The notes below the pieces were generated by a model. That model was not told where the DNA came from. It saw only the letters and a program-made list of their open reading frames with translations, and made no database searches. A stretch of DNA of 59,580 bases, the filler included, from Limisphaerales bacterium (GTDB lineage Bacteria; Verrucomicrobiota; Verrucomicrobiia; Limisphaerales; SIBE01): assembly GCA_044225505.1 (NCBI GenBank). It is 3 parts of 3 records of this genome, joined end to end, with 100 filler letters (N's around TTAATTAATTAA, not from the genome) between each part and the next. Parts side by side here need not be neighbours in the genome. Positions count along the whole stretch, not along the records: positions 1 to 20,416 come from JBGAIN010000153.1; 2 more parts are not named here. One strand, written 5' to 3'. A program made the position numbers and the translations under genes. The first letter of the stretch is position 1. Every line of letters starts with the position of its first letter. Shown here in pieces: positions 9,410 to 18,781 of the stretch.

Positions 9410-10888
9410 TTATGGTTTTTCGGCCGCTTCGCTTTTTGCCGAAGCGGAAAGGGAAGATTCAGGCTGCCAGCCACCGCCGAGCGCTTTGTAGAGCTGGACG
9501 ACGACCACGCGCTCGTTCAGTTGGGTGCGAGCGAGTGAATTTTCTGCCGGGAACAGCTGCTGCTGGGCGTCCAGGACTTCGAAGTACGCTGCCTTGCCGT
9601 CGGCGTAGCGTTGTGTCGCGAGTTGCACCGCCTGCTCATATGCGGCAACGGCTTTGATTTGTTCTTTTCGCACCGCGATGAGCTTTTCGCGAGTGATGAG
9701 GGCATCGGCCACTTCTTGCAGGGCGGTCAGCGCCGCTTGCTCATAGCGCAGACGCGCTTCCTCTGCCTTGGCTTTCGATTCCCGGTATTGACCTACGAGG
9801 GCTCCTCCTTGAAAGAGCGGACCGCTCACGGTGCTTGCGGCGGACCACGCATTCGCGCTCCCCGCGGTGAACGCGGAAAGCTCGGTGCTCACCTTGCCCA
9901 GAAATGTGGTCAAGCCCAGCTTGGGAAAGAATTCGGCTAGACTGACGCCGATTTGCGCGTTGGCGGAACGCAAGTTTTGCTCGGCCTGACGTATGTCTGG
10001 TCGGCGTTCGAGCAAGTCGCTTGGCAGTCCGGCTGGAACCTCGGGCGGGAGGATGGCGTCACTTAATTGGCCGCGATGTGGCACTGGTCCGGGGCTCTGC
10101 CCCAGGAGAATGCTCAGTTGATTTTCTTTTAGGACAATTTGCCGTTCGAGTTCAGGAACGTTGGCTGCTGCCGAAGCCAGAGCCGCCTCGGCCCGCGCCG
10201 TATCCAGTCGAGATGCTCCGCCCGCTTCAAACCGTTGATTAAAGATGCGTGTGCTGGTCTTGAAAGACTCTGTTGTCCGAACGGCGATCTCCCAGAGGCG
10301 TTCCAGTTCGAGCAGTTCAAAATAGGCTTGCGCGACTTCGGCCACCAACGCGAGCTGGAGCCCGCGGCGCGCTTCGACAGTCGCCAGATACGAGGCGCGC
10401 GCCGACTCGTTCAGTCGGCGGATTCGCCCCCAGAGATCGATCTCCCAAGAGGCGCCGAGCACGGCTGACACGGCATCCCCTGTCCTTGCCCCCGCCGGGT
10501 TTGGACTGCCGAGGAATTCGTTACGGCCGCGGCTCAGATCACCTTGATAACTCGCGTGCGGTAGAAACTGGGCGCGGGCCTGTTGGGCCACAGCGCGCGC
10601 CTGGTCCATGCGGGCAACGGCCATCCTTAAGTCGAAGTTGTTCGTTAGGGTGGTGCGAATCAACCCGTTGAGAGTTTCGTCGCGGTAAAGGTCCCACCAC
10701 GCCAGGTCCGAGGGCGAGTTCGTGGTCGCTGTTGCTGGAGCGTTCCGAAAGTGAGCCGGTGCTTGGATCTCCGGCCGTTTGTAGTCTGGCCCCACCGCGC
10801 AACCCTGCGCCAGGAGCGCCAAGCTAGCGCCCAGAGCGAGTCGATTCCTGAACGAGGGCAACCGGCGATGCGATAGCTTTTCTTGCAT
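9410..10888 (-). CDS. Efflux outer membrane factor lipoprotein (NodT/OprM/TolC family)
   Basis: AQGCAVGPDYKRP, SWEIDLWGR, GLPSDLLERRPDIRQAE, LYKALGGGW. Confidence 0.95.
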   Translation of the reverse strand: MQEKLSHRRLPSFRNRLALGASLALLAQGCAVGPDYKRPEIQAPAHFRNAPATATTNSPSDLAWWDLYRDETLNGLIRTTLTNNFDLRMAVARMDQARAVAQQARAQFLPHASYQGDLSRGRNEFLGSPNPAGARTGDAVSAVLGASWEIDLWGRIRRLNESARASYLATVEARRGLQLALVAEVAQAYFELLELERLWEIAVRTTESFKTSTRIFNQRFEAGGASRLDTARAEAALASAAANVPELERQIVLKENQLSILLGQSPGPVPHRGQLSDAILPPEVPAGLPSDLLERRPDIRQAEQNLRSANAQIGVSLAEFFPKLGLTTFLGKVSTELSAFTAGSANAWSAASTVSGPLFQGGALVGQYRESKAKAEEARLRYEQAALTALQEVADALITREKLIAVRKEQIKAVAAYEQAVQLATQRYADGKAAYFEVLDAQQQLFPAENSLARTQLNERVVVVQLYKALGGGWQPESSLSASAKSEAAEKP

Positions 10889-11067
10889 GCGCGTTATCTT
10901 TAATGCGTCAACGTCATGGCCGAAATAGCCCGTCGGTATTAGCCGCTGCCAAGGCCGATCCGTCGCGCGGATGCGGGCCGTTTCGTCCAGGTTTCGGGTC
11001 GAGGATTGCATCGATGGAGCGAGATGAATTTATTTCGTGAGTGTGCTGGGATTCCGGGGGGCGCCGC

Positions 11068-13590
11068 TTATCGGCGCCGCGACCTGCCGCTGTGCGACGA
11101 GAGTCCACCCCCGCTCAATTGAGGACGGTTCGCTTGAAAACTCCGGGTGCGTTGTTCGCCTCTACTCCGCGCTTGGAAGTCTCCGTTTAGTCCCGCGGGA
11201 GGGCCAGAGGATTGAAAGGAAGCGGATTGAGAACCGGGCACTGTTCCTTGGGATGCCGAGCTTGGGCGCGAGGCGCCGCGGGTGCTGGTCGTGGAAGATC
11301 CCGACGTGCTCGCTCCGCTTTGCGGCCGTTGCATCTGGCTCCAACTGCCCTGGCCATCCGCCCGGTAGACCTGACCGTCTTTCGTCGCATAGACGTCGTT
11401 CCCGATATGGCCGACGGATCCCTGTTCCGTCTGAACTCCTCCGACGCTCGTGACATGCCCCGTATTGGGATTGTAGACCGCGGCGCGGCCAGCAGTGGCC
11501 GATTGGCCTGTGTAGGCGTTACCCACGGTCACCTGGCCGCCTACGGCTGCGGCGCCGGTGTTCGGATTATAGGCCGCGCCGCGTTGTCCGGAGGCGTAAT
11601 TCCCGGTATAAACGTTTTCCACGGCACCGCGTTGTCCGACGGCGCGAGCCCCGGTGGTTGAGTTGTAGGCGCGGCCATACTCTGTGGCCCATCGATTCCC
11701 GGTCCACGCGTTGTAACCAGCGGCGCTGCGACTGGCAGTGCTCCACGCGCCCGATTGACCATAGACAGTGCCGGAGGTGCCGGCCCATCCGTACGGGCCC
11801 CAAGCGGTGACTCCGCCGTAAGCGTTATAGGCAGAACCGTAACAGGCGTAGCCATAAGGCCCCCAATAGGGTGCCACCGGACAAGCGCTCCAATAGCTGT
11901 AACTGGCGCCCCACGCCCAGCCCGCGGCAAACCCGTAAGCCCAGCCAGCCCATGGAGTCCAGGTGGGGCTGGCGCAGTACCCGTAAGTCACCGGGGCCGC
12001 GATATAAACGGTGCCGATCCACGGGGTATACCTGTAACCGGTCCCGTAAACGACAACGCCATCCACGCTGACAATCGTGCCTGAATATCCCCCGGTATAA
12101 CTGACCCACACAAAGGCATCGTTGTGACTGGTAACACGCACATAAGTGACGTAGTGCAGAGGAGAACTCGGTGGGATCGAGTAGATGACTGCTGGCACAG
12201 CTGTCGCTATGTCCCAAGGCCCGGAAAGCGAGCTCGCTTTGAACCAAACCCCTCCCTGGCAGGCGTAGAACGTCGTCGCGTCCACTTTGATGATGGGCGT
12301 GGCACTATTGACGACGTAATAGAGCGAGGTGCGATCGATCGGCTTCAGTTGCGGTGTGCCATCGTACTGCAACGGAGCGATCTGCGTCTTCTGACGATCG
12401 ACTTTTGCGGTTTGCGGAACGGAGTTGGCAATGACGGCTTCCTGGGCCTGGCGAGTGCCAGGCACGGACGCTTTGACGTTCTCTTTTGGGCTGGAATCGG
12501 GAATGTTCGCGAAGTCCTGGGGGAGGCCAGTGCCCGGGACGTACTCCCACGGGCCTTGAAGCGACGCGGAACGAAACCAGCGCCCTGAGATCAAGATGTA
12601 GTTCTTGAGATCCTTGAGATGTTTGAAAACGTTGCCCGCGGTGTTGGACACGTAAAGCAGGCCAGTGTCCTTGATCTCGATCCATTGCGGCTCACCGGCA
12701 AAGACGATCAACTCGGTCGGAGTCGTCGTCACAATCAATCGGGGCAACGCCGATTTTTGCAGCGACGGCATTTTCTTGGTTTCAGGGTCTGGTTGGCCGG
12801 AGAGCAGATCGACCGCTCTCATCTCGACCGCTTTCTTTTCCACCGCTCTCAGATCGTGCGGCAGGATGGTGGCGGCTTTCCACGGTCCTTCGAGCGATGG
12901 CGCCGTGACATAGCCATCAAAGAGATGGAGAAAGAATTGTCCGGAGGGCTCTTTTACCAGAAGCGCACGCGTGTTGAGGACGCGTTGCAAGCTCGAGTTG
13001 GCTTGGGCTTGGTAGACAGGCGGTCCCTCCAGAGCAACCAAAAGAGCGGGGACTTGGGATACTAACAAGGTCGGCGGATCGTTCTGCAGTGGTTGGCCTT
13101 GCGCGCTCTGCTGTTGCTGCAATGCTGCCAAATTCGCTTCCAAGCGATCCAAGGCGATGGTTCCCACTTGTTGAGGTGCTCCGCTGCGCAACAGCTCCAG
13201 GTAGGCAGCTTTTTTCTCCGGCGCGGCCGGAAAGCGCGCATCGGTCAACTGCACCTCGCGCAGTTGGACAACCCGCTGTGCTTTGTCGACGTCAGTAGCG
13301 GCATTCACGGAGATGACGCCGAAGATCGGCTGCGCGGCCCCCTCCGGCTGCAGCGCAACCGCGGCGTGAGCGTTCAGAACCTGGCCGTCCCACGCGTCGA
13401 GCTGAGGCTGATAAACGGTGTTGGTAATCCCGGCAATAACAGCGACGCGCGGCCAGCCAGGATCGTTCAAGGTTTCTGCGAATGAGACGGCCGAGGTCGC
13501 CACGCTGAGCAGCATAAAGATCCAGAGCTTGCGCCAGCAGGGGTTCAATCGGCATTGGGGAGGTTCGTGGTTGAAGGATGTTTCTTGCAT
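11068..13590 (-). CDS. Large secreted protein (often annotated carbohydrate-binding V/XII-like) with Gly/Tyr/Trp-rich and YNxxTG-repeat C-terminus
   Basis: Signal peptide then GWPR..YQPQ..W; repeated SLxGPW motifs; VVYGTGY; YNAWTG/YNSTTG/YNPNTG repeats; Ser/Gly-rich tail. Start uncertain. Confidence 0.7.
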   Translation of the reverse strand: MQETSFNHEPPQCRLNPCWRKLWIFMLLSVATSAVSFAETLNDPGWPRVAVIAGITNTVYQPQLDAWDGQVLNAHAAVALQPEGAAQPIFGVISVNAATDVDKAQRVVQLREVQLTDARFPAAPEKKAAYLELLRSGAPQQVGTIALDRLEANLAALQQQQSAQGQPLQNDPPTLLVSQVPALLVALEGPPVYQAQANSSLQRVLNTRALLVKEPSGQFFLHLFDGYVTAPSLEGPWKAATILPHDLRAVEKKAVEMRAVDLLSGQPDPETKKMPSLQKSALPRLIVTTTPTELIVFAGEPQWIEIKDTGLLYVSNTAGNVFKHLKDLKNYILISGRWFRSASLQGPWEYVPGTGLPQDFANIPDSSPKENVKASVPGTRQAQEAVIANSVPQTAKVDRQKTQIAPLQYDGTPQLKPIDRTSLYYVVNSATPIIKVDATTFYACQGGVWFKASSLSGPWDIATAVPAVIYSIPPSSPLHYVTYVRVTSHNDAFVWVSYTGGYSGTIVSVDGVVVYGTGYRYTPWIGTVYIAAPVTYGYCASPTWTPWAGWAYGFAAGWAWGASYSYWSACPVAPYWGPYGYACYGSAYNAYGGVTAWGPYGWAGTSGTVYGQSGAWSTASRSAAGYNAWTGNRWATEYGRAYNSTTGARAVGQRGAVENVYTGNYASGQRGAAYNPNTGAAAVGGQVTVGNAYTGQSATAGRAAVYNPNTGHVTSVGGVQTEQGSVGHIGNDVYATKDGQVYRADGQGSWSQMQRPQSGASTSGSSTTSTRGASRPSSASQGTVPGSQSASFQSSGPPAGLNGDFQARSRGEQRTRSFQANRPQLSGGGLSSHSGRSRRR

Positions 13591-13868
13591 AGGCGCTATA
13601 GGTAACTCACCTGGCGCAGCGGCCAATAGCGCTTCGGCATTAGGCGGCATCCGCCTGCCGCTTTCCCGAGGGCGGGAGCATTGTAGTCCGGAAGTGCTAT
13701 TTAACGGGGGGAATTCCCGTCGTATGAATGAACCGTATGAAACAAGAACTTCTGCTATCGCGCGGAACGGCTTCGGGAGAAGCTTTTGAACCTTGGGCCT
13801 GGGAACCTGTCCACACGCGGCTGTCCCTGGTCTCCGTAACCGGCCGGAAACCCGTCCAGCAACTGGCA

Positions 13869-14075
13869 ATGGCCTATCGTGTCCCGGAGGAGGAGAGTCG
13901 AGATCTGGTTGGTTTTCCCTTCGCGATAAGCGCGTTTCTCTTTGGGCTCAGCGGGATGATCACGATGGCCTGCGGCGTCACCGGGGACGGTGTCTGGTTG
14001 ACAGGCCTGGGCTTTCTGGTGGCGTTCGCGGGCGCAGGGATGTACGGCTGGAGTCTCCAATGGGAGCGCCGTTAA
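13869..14075 (+). CDS. Small 2-TM membrane protein
   Basis: 68 aa with two hydrophobic helices, directly upstream of the hydrolase gene. Confidence 0.55.
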   Translation: MAYRVPEEESRDLVGFPFAISAFLFGLSGMITMACGVTGDGVWLTGLGFLVAFAGAGMYGWSLQWERR

Positions 14076-14113
14076 CGGCCGAAACGGTTTCGTCGCGCCC
14101 GCAATTCGGATAA

Positions 14114-14974
14114 ATGCCAACTTTAGAAATGACTCCAACCAAGACGTTCGCAATCGAACACCGCGGCTGCAAACTTGTCGGCGATGTCCGCGGTCAAGGC
14201 CGGCCGCTCGTTTGCATTCAAGGCACGGGTGTGCATGGAGATGGCTGGCTACCACAAGTGCGAGACCTGGCTAACCAGTACCAATGCCTCACCTTCGACA
14301 ACCGGGGTATGGCGCGCAGCGTGCCGGTCGGAAATCCCCTCTCGGTCGAGCTCATGGCGGAAGACGTTACGGCCCTAATGGACGCTCTGGGCTGGAATTC
14401 GGCCCATGTGGTCGGGCATTCGCTTGGCGGCTTGATCGCGCTGCAACTGGCGCTGAGCCATCGCCAGCGTGTGCAAAGTCTCGCACTCCTCTGCACCTTT
14501 GCCAACGGCGCGGACGCGACGCGCCTCTCGCTCTGGATGCTCTGGACAGGATTGCGCACGCGAGTGGGAACACGGCGCCAGCGACGCCATGCGTTCTTGA
14601 AACTGGTGACCGAACCGTCGGCTTACGAACGGATTGACAAGGACGCGCTGGCGCTCTCTTTAGCACCTCTCTTCGGTCATGACCTAGCGGATCATCCCTC
14701 CATCGAGATGCAGCAACTCGCGGCGATGCGGCGCTGCAATCTCACATCCCGCCTCGGCGAGTTAGACGGACTTCCGGTTTTGGTCGCCAGCGCGAGGCAC
14801 GATCGCATCGCGCGGCCTGAATATGGCCGCGCGTTGGCCTCGGGCATTCCAGGGGCCAGCTTCGTCGAACTTGCCAATGCCGCCCATGGCGTCCCAGTCC
14901 TGCAGCCGGAGACGATCAACACCTTGGTGCGGGACCATCTTAATCGTGCAACTCAACAACACTCAAATTTATGA
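14114..14974 (+). CDS. Alpha/beta-fold hydrolase
   Basis: FDNRGMARS, nucleophile GHSLGG, D and H triad candidates (HDRIA, AAHG); ATGA overlap with the next gene. Confidence 0.92.
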   Translation: MPTLEMTPTKTFAIEHRGCKLVGDVRGQGRPLVCIQGTGVHGDGWLPQVRDLANQYQCLTFDNRGMARSVPVGNPLSVELMAEDVTALMDALGWNSAHVVGHSLGGLIALQLALSHRQRVQSLALLCTFANGADATRLSLWMLWTGLRTRVGTRRQRRHAFLKLVTEPSAYERIDKDALALSLAPLFGHDLADHPSIEMQQLAAMRRCNLTSRLGELDGLPVLVASARHDRIARPEYGRALASGIPGASFVELANAAHGVPVLQPETINTLVRDHLNRATQQHSNL

Positions 14975-17076
14975 ACGCAGTTCGGATCGTTATTGTCGGT
15001 GGCGGGTTTGCCGGGGTAAAATGCGCCCAGACCTTGCGACGCGGGCTATCTCGCTCGCAAGCGGAGATCGTGCTCTTCAACGCGGAGAATCACCTCGTCT
15101 TCACGCCTTTGTTGGCCGATGTGATTGGCGCCTCGGTCAATCCCTTGGATGTGATCGTCCCCTTGCGGCAACTCCTGCAGGGCATCTCCTGCCGCACGGA
15201 AGAGATTGTGGGTTTTGACACCGCGGCTCGCGCGGTGGAATACCGGACGTCGGACGGGCACGCGTGTCGTCTGGTATATGATCATCTAGTGCTAGCTTGC
15301 GGCAACGTGGCGAACCTCCATGCGGTTCCGGGCATGGCCGACCATGCATTCGCCCTCAAGAACATCGGCGACGCGATCGCACTGCGCTCACATATCATGG
15401 AGCAGATGGAGAAAGCGGAAACTTGCGATGATCCAGTGCGACGGCAGTGGCACCTTTCGTTCGCCATCGTGGGTGCTGGCTTTAGTGGCGTGGAGGCAGC
15501 GGGGGAGATCAATGACCTGGTTCGTTCCAGCGCGTGTTACTTCCAGAACTTCAAGGCCAACGACGTGACCGTCTCGCTGATTCATTCGCGTGATCAAATC
15601 CTGCCAGAAATCAGTCCGGGATTGCGTGACTTCGCGCAACGACGCATGGAACAGGCCGGCGTCACGATGAAACTCAACGTGCGCGTGGAAGCCGCCACGG
15701 CGGAAGGCGTGGTGCTCGCGTCCGGCGAGTTTCTCCGCGCGGGAACGATTGTTTGCACCGTCGGAAGTTCCCCGTCACCGATCTTGGAACGGCTGCCGTG
15801 GGCGAAGGAGAAAGGGCGCATAAGAACGAACCCGGACATGACTGTCTGCGGGGTGGAGAACGTCTGGGCCACGGGGGATTGCGCGGAGATCGTGAATGCC
15901 CATGACGGCCGACCCTCGCCTCCGACAGGTCAGTTTGCCGAGCGTCAAGGCCGGCAGTGCGCGCGCAATGTGCTCCGAGCCCTTCGGGGCGAGGCCACGT
16001 TGCCGTTCCGTTTCAAACCGATCGGCCAGCTCTGCTCGATTGGCGGACATTCCGCGGTGGCGGAGTTCTCTGGAATCCAGATGTCCGGACTGATGGCCTG
16101 GCTTCTCTGGCGAGGAGTCTATCTTTTCAAGCTGCCCGCCTGGGTGCGTCGCTTGCAGGTTGGACTCGATTGGGCCTGGCTCTTCCTCTTTCCGCGGGAT
16201 CTGGCTCACTTGCGCGTTCGCCAGTCCGATCGCGTGTCGCGCGCCCACTACCAAAACGGGGACATCATCCTCCGGGAAGGAGAGACTAGTGCCAAGTTGT
16301 TCGTGGTGGAGTCGGGTGAAGCCGATCTGGTTCGCTTGGGGCGGCCAGGCCAGGCGGAACAGATTGTGGGGCGGCTCGGACCGAGGTCATTCTTTGGCGA
16401 GGAAGCGCTGTTGCCCGATCCAACGGTGCGATTTACCGTCCGGGCCACAACCGCCGTGAAGGTCTTGGTCCTGGGAAAAAGCGTCTTTGGGACACTTTCG
16501 GACACCCTCAAGCCGGTGCGAGAGGCGCTCGCCGAAACTCTCCATCGACGTTCCCTTGATCTGCAAAAGCGGCTCCCGGACGTCCAGGAGTTCCTAAAGA
16601 ACGTGCCTGTCCGCGAGTTGATGGAGAGCGTGCCAATGCCTCTACTCAAACCGAGCTCAACGCTCGACGAGGTCGGTCGCGCCTTCGCTCACCATCCGCA
16701 CGATTCGTTGTACGTATGTGGCGAAAACCACACGCTCGAAGGCCTAGTGACATTGACCGACTGGATGCAAGCTGTCTCCCGTGGCGCTGGGCCTGAAACA
16801 CTTGTCACCGAACTCATGGTGCGGCAACCGATCACCGTGCGGATTGACGATGATGGAACCACCGCCGCGGCAATTATTCGCGAGCACCGAGTAAAGAATG
16901 TTCCAGTGGTGCAAGAGACACTTGGCCATCGGCAACTTGTCGGTTGCGTCCGAACTCGTCGCCTCATGGCGCACGTGTTCAATAAAATGGACCGGTGCCG
17001 ACCGGGCTGCGGTTCACCGAAGTTCGCTTTGTCGGCACCCCAGGACGTCATGGAATCTCTTGGAACCCCTCGATGA
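14971..17076 (+). CDS. ndh: Type II NADH dehydrogenase-like FAD oxidoreductase fused to cNMP-binding and tandem CBS domains
   Basis: GGGFAG and VGAGFSGVEAAGE Rossmann motifs, WATGDCA, QFAERQG; then GDIILREGE..LFVVESGE..FFGEEAL (cNMP); then VRELM..LEGLVTLTD..VTELM (CBS pair). Confidence 0.88.
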   Translation: MNAVRIVIVGGGFAGVKCAQTLRRGLSRSQAEIVLFNAENHLVFTPLLADVIGASVNPLDVIVPLRQLLQGISCRTEEIVGFDTAARAVEYRTSDGHACRLVYDHLVLACGNVANLHAVPGMADHAFALKNIGDAIALRSHIMEQMEKAETCDDPVRRQWHLSFAIVGAGFSGVEAAGEINDLVRSSACYFQNFKANDVTVSLIHSRDQILPEISPGLRDFAQRRMEQAGVTMKLNVRVEAATAEGVVLASGEFLRAGTIVCTVGSSPSPILERLPWAKEKGRIRTNPDMTVCGVENVWATGDCAEIVNAHDGRPSPPTGQFAERQGRQCARNVLRALRGEATLPFRFKPIGQLCSIGGHSAVAEFSGIQMSGLMAWLLWRGVYLFKLPAWVRRLQVGLDWAWLFLFPRDLAHLRVRQSDRVSRAHYQNGDIILREGETSAKLFVVESGEADLVRLGRPGQAEQIVGRLGPRSFFGEEALLPDPTVRFTVRATTAVKVLVLGKSVFGTLSDTLKPVREALAETLHRRSLDLQKRLPDVQEFLKNVPVRELMESVPMPLLKPSSTLDEVGRAFAHHPHDSLYVCGENHTLEGLVTLTDWMQAVSRGAGPETLVTELMVRQPITVRIDDDGTTAAAIIREHRVKNVPVVQETLGHRQLVGCVRTRRLMAHVFNKMDRCRPGCGSPKFALSAPQDVMESLGTPR

Positions 17077-17239
17077 ATGCCTCTTCGGACTGGGCCACAC
17101 TTTCCGGATCGTCTTTACGATCTTCGCAATGTCCACAGGTGCATTTATAGCGAACCATATCAGGCATACCCTTCGGGCCACCCTTGGCGCGGTTCATCGT
17201 TCCACCGCAGACTGGACAAGTAACAGATCCACTCTTCAT
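17048..17239 (-). CDS. Small CPxCG zinc-ribbon protein
   Basis: MKSGSVTCPVCGG...YKCTCGHCED with acidic tail; convergent overlap with ndh. Confidence 0.55.
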   Translation of the reverse strand: MKSGSVTCPVCGGTMNRAKGGPKGMPDMVRYKCTCGHCEDRKDDPESVAQSEEAFIEGFQEIP

Positions 17240-17538
17240 AACGGTTACGTTCAACGGCACGGAGTGTGCCGACGCCTGACTCGTGGGGCTGTGCTTCTCC
17301 ATGCACAGGTATTTTGAACGAAAAGACAGGCCATATCCACCGTCGTGGCACCTCCGGATGAAGCTGAGAATCGCACCGGGTTGGCCTGTTCGTTGCCCGC
17401 AAAATGCGTTGTGATGCTCCACGGCGCGTGAGAATCACGCGCCGACCTGCCCGCCACGTTGCACGATGCCGCGTTGGCTCGCGGCGAATCCCTGTAACTT
17501 CTCGGACCATGCGCTCGTCTGGGCAGACGAGAACAATC

Positions 17539-18453
17539 ATGAATCCTCAACGGAGCCGCATCTTGCGACTGGGCTCAATGCTGACATTGTGCCTGCAGAT
17601 GGTTTGCGCGGCAGTCGACGAGGGCGACGAAGAGGTCAACCCGGTTCCAACTCCGGAGAATGCCGAGGGCACCATGGAGGAGGTGCAAGCGGCGGACCCA
17701 TCAATCGTATCCTCCACTGCGGGCGCGGAATCTGGCGCTGGCGCGGAAGCGTCGAGAGCCAAGGCGGCCAAGAACGGATCGAATCCAACGGGTCGTCCGT
17801 CGGGACAAGAACGCCTGTCAGAACCGTCATCCCGGGCCAGCCGCCGGCAGAGGCGTGCGCCGTCCGCAACGGGAGGGCGGGATGAAAAAGGTCGAACAAG
17901 GCGTGGGCAGGAGAGCGACCATGCGGAGCGAGCGGGACCAAGTTCAATCGCCGTTAACGCCGGATCCTCTGGCAACACACGCCGGGAGTATAGCGCGTTC
18001 AAGGCCATTGCAGACCGCAACATTTTCAACGCAAGTCGGTCCCCTCGCTCAAACCGGTCACGCGGAGAGGGACGGCGGCCGAACTCTCCGGCTGCCGAGA
18101 GTATTACGTTGGTGGGAACGCTCAGCTCAGAAAAGGGGAGTTACGCCTTTTTTGACGGCTCGAAAGCCGAGTTCAAGCAAGTTCTGCAACCTGGCAAAAC
18201 GATTGCCGAACACACCGTTGCCGCGATCACGAACGATGGCATCCAGCTTCAAATCAGGACCAATACGATTGCCCTCAAGGTTGGGGAACAGCTGCGGCAT
18301 CAAGAGGATGGGTGGCGTGCGGTGACGCGCGCGAGTCCCTCGACAAAGCTCCTCCCGTCCCATGGAGAAGCTTCGGCAGACGCGACTTCGAGTTCCGACG
18401 AAAGCGACGTCATTTCGCGTTTGATGCGGGCGCGGGAACAGGAATTGAAGTGA
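17539..18453 (+). CDS. Exported hypothetical protein, GspC/T2SS-protein-C-like
   Basis: N-terminal hydrophobic segment, long disordered linker, I.DRNIFN..R, LVGTLSSEKGSYAFF, C-terminal RLMRAREQELK. Confidence 0.55.
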   Translation: MNPQRSRILRLGSMLTLCLQMVCAAVDEGDEEVNPVPTPENAEGTMEEVQAADPSIVSSTAGAESGAGAEASRAKAAKNGSNPTGRPSGQERLSEPSSRASRRQRRAPSATGGRDEKGRTRRGQESDHAERAGPSSIAVNAGSSGNTRREYSAFKAIADRNIFNASRSPRSNRSRGEGRRPNSPAAESITLVGTLSSEKGSYAFFDGSKAEFKQVLQPGKTIAEHTVAAITNDGIQLQIRTNTIALKVGEQLRHQEDGWRAVTRASPSTKLLPSHGEASADATSSSDESDVISRLMRAREQELK

Positions 18454-18781
18454 CCTATTCCAGAGACGCGAGTTCGTAGGGCGCGTCCCGCCGCGATTTG
18501 GGCCTGGGAAATCACTGGAGCGTGCGCCAAACTGATTGGAGAGGCAGATCGGATCTATAAATAAGGGTTAAGGCCTCTGGGTCGCCGAGAGTTGGCGGAC
18601 TTTGGGCGGCATTCACGCTTGCTCAATCAATGACGAATGTATTGGCAAGCGTGCTTGGCGGTCATCCCTGTCGCCTGGACCGTCTTCATGAGTTCTTCAC
18701 CTTGGGTGCGATACCGTCCCCGCAAAGCTGGCTGATCTGTTTTGCTGCCCTGAGCCAAGAGTGCAATCGCATGGAAACGCA

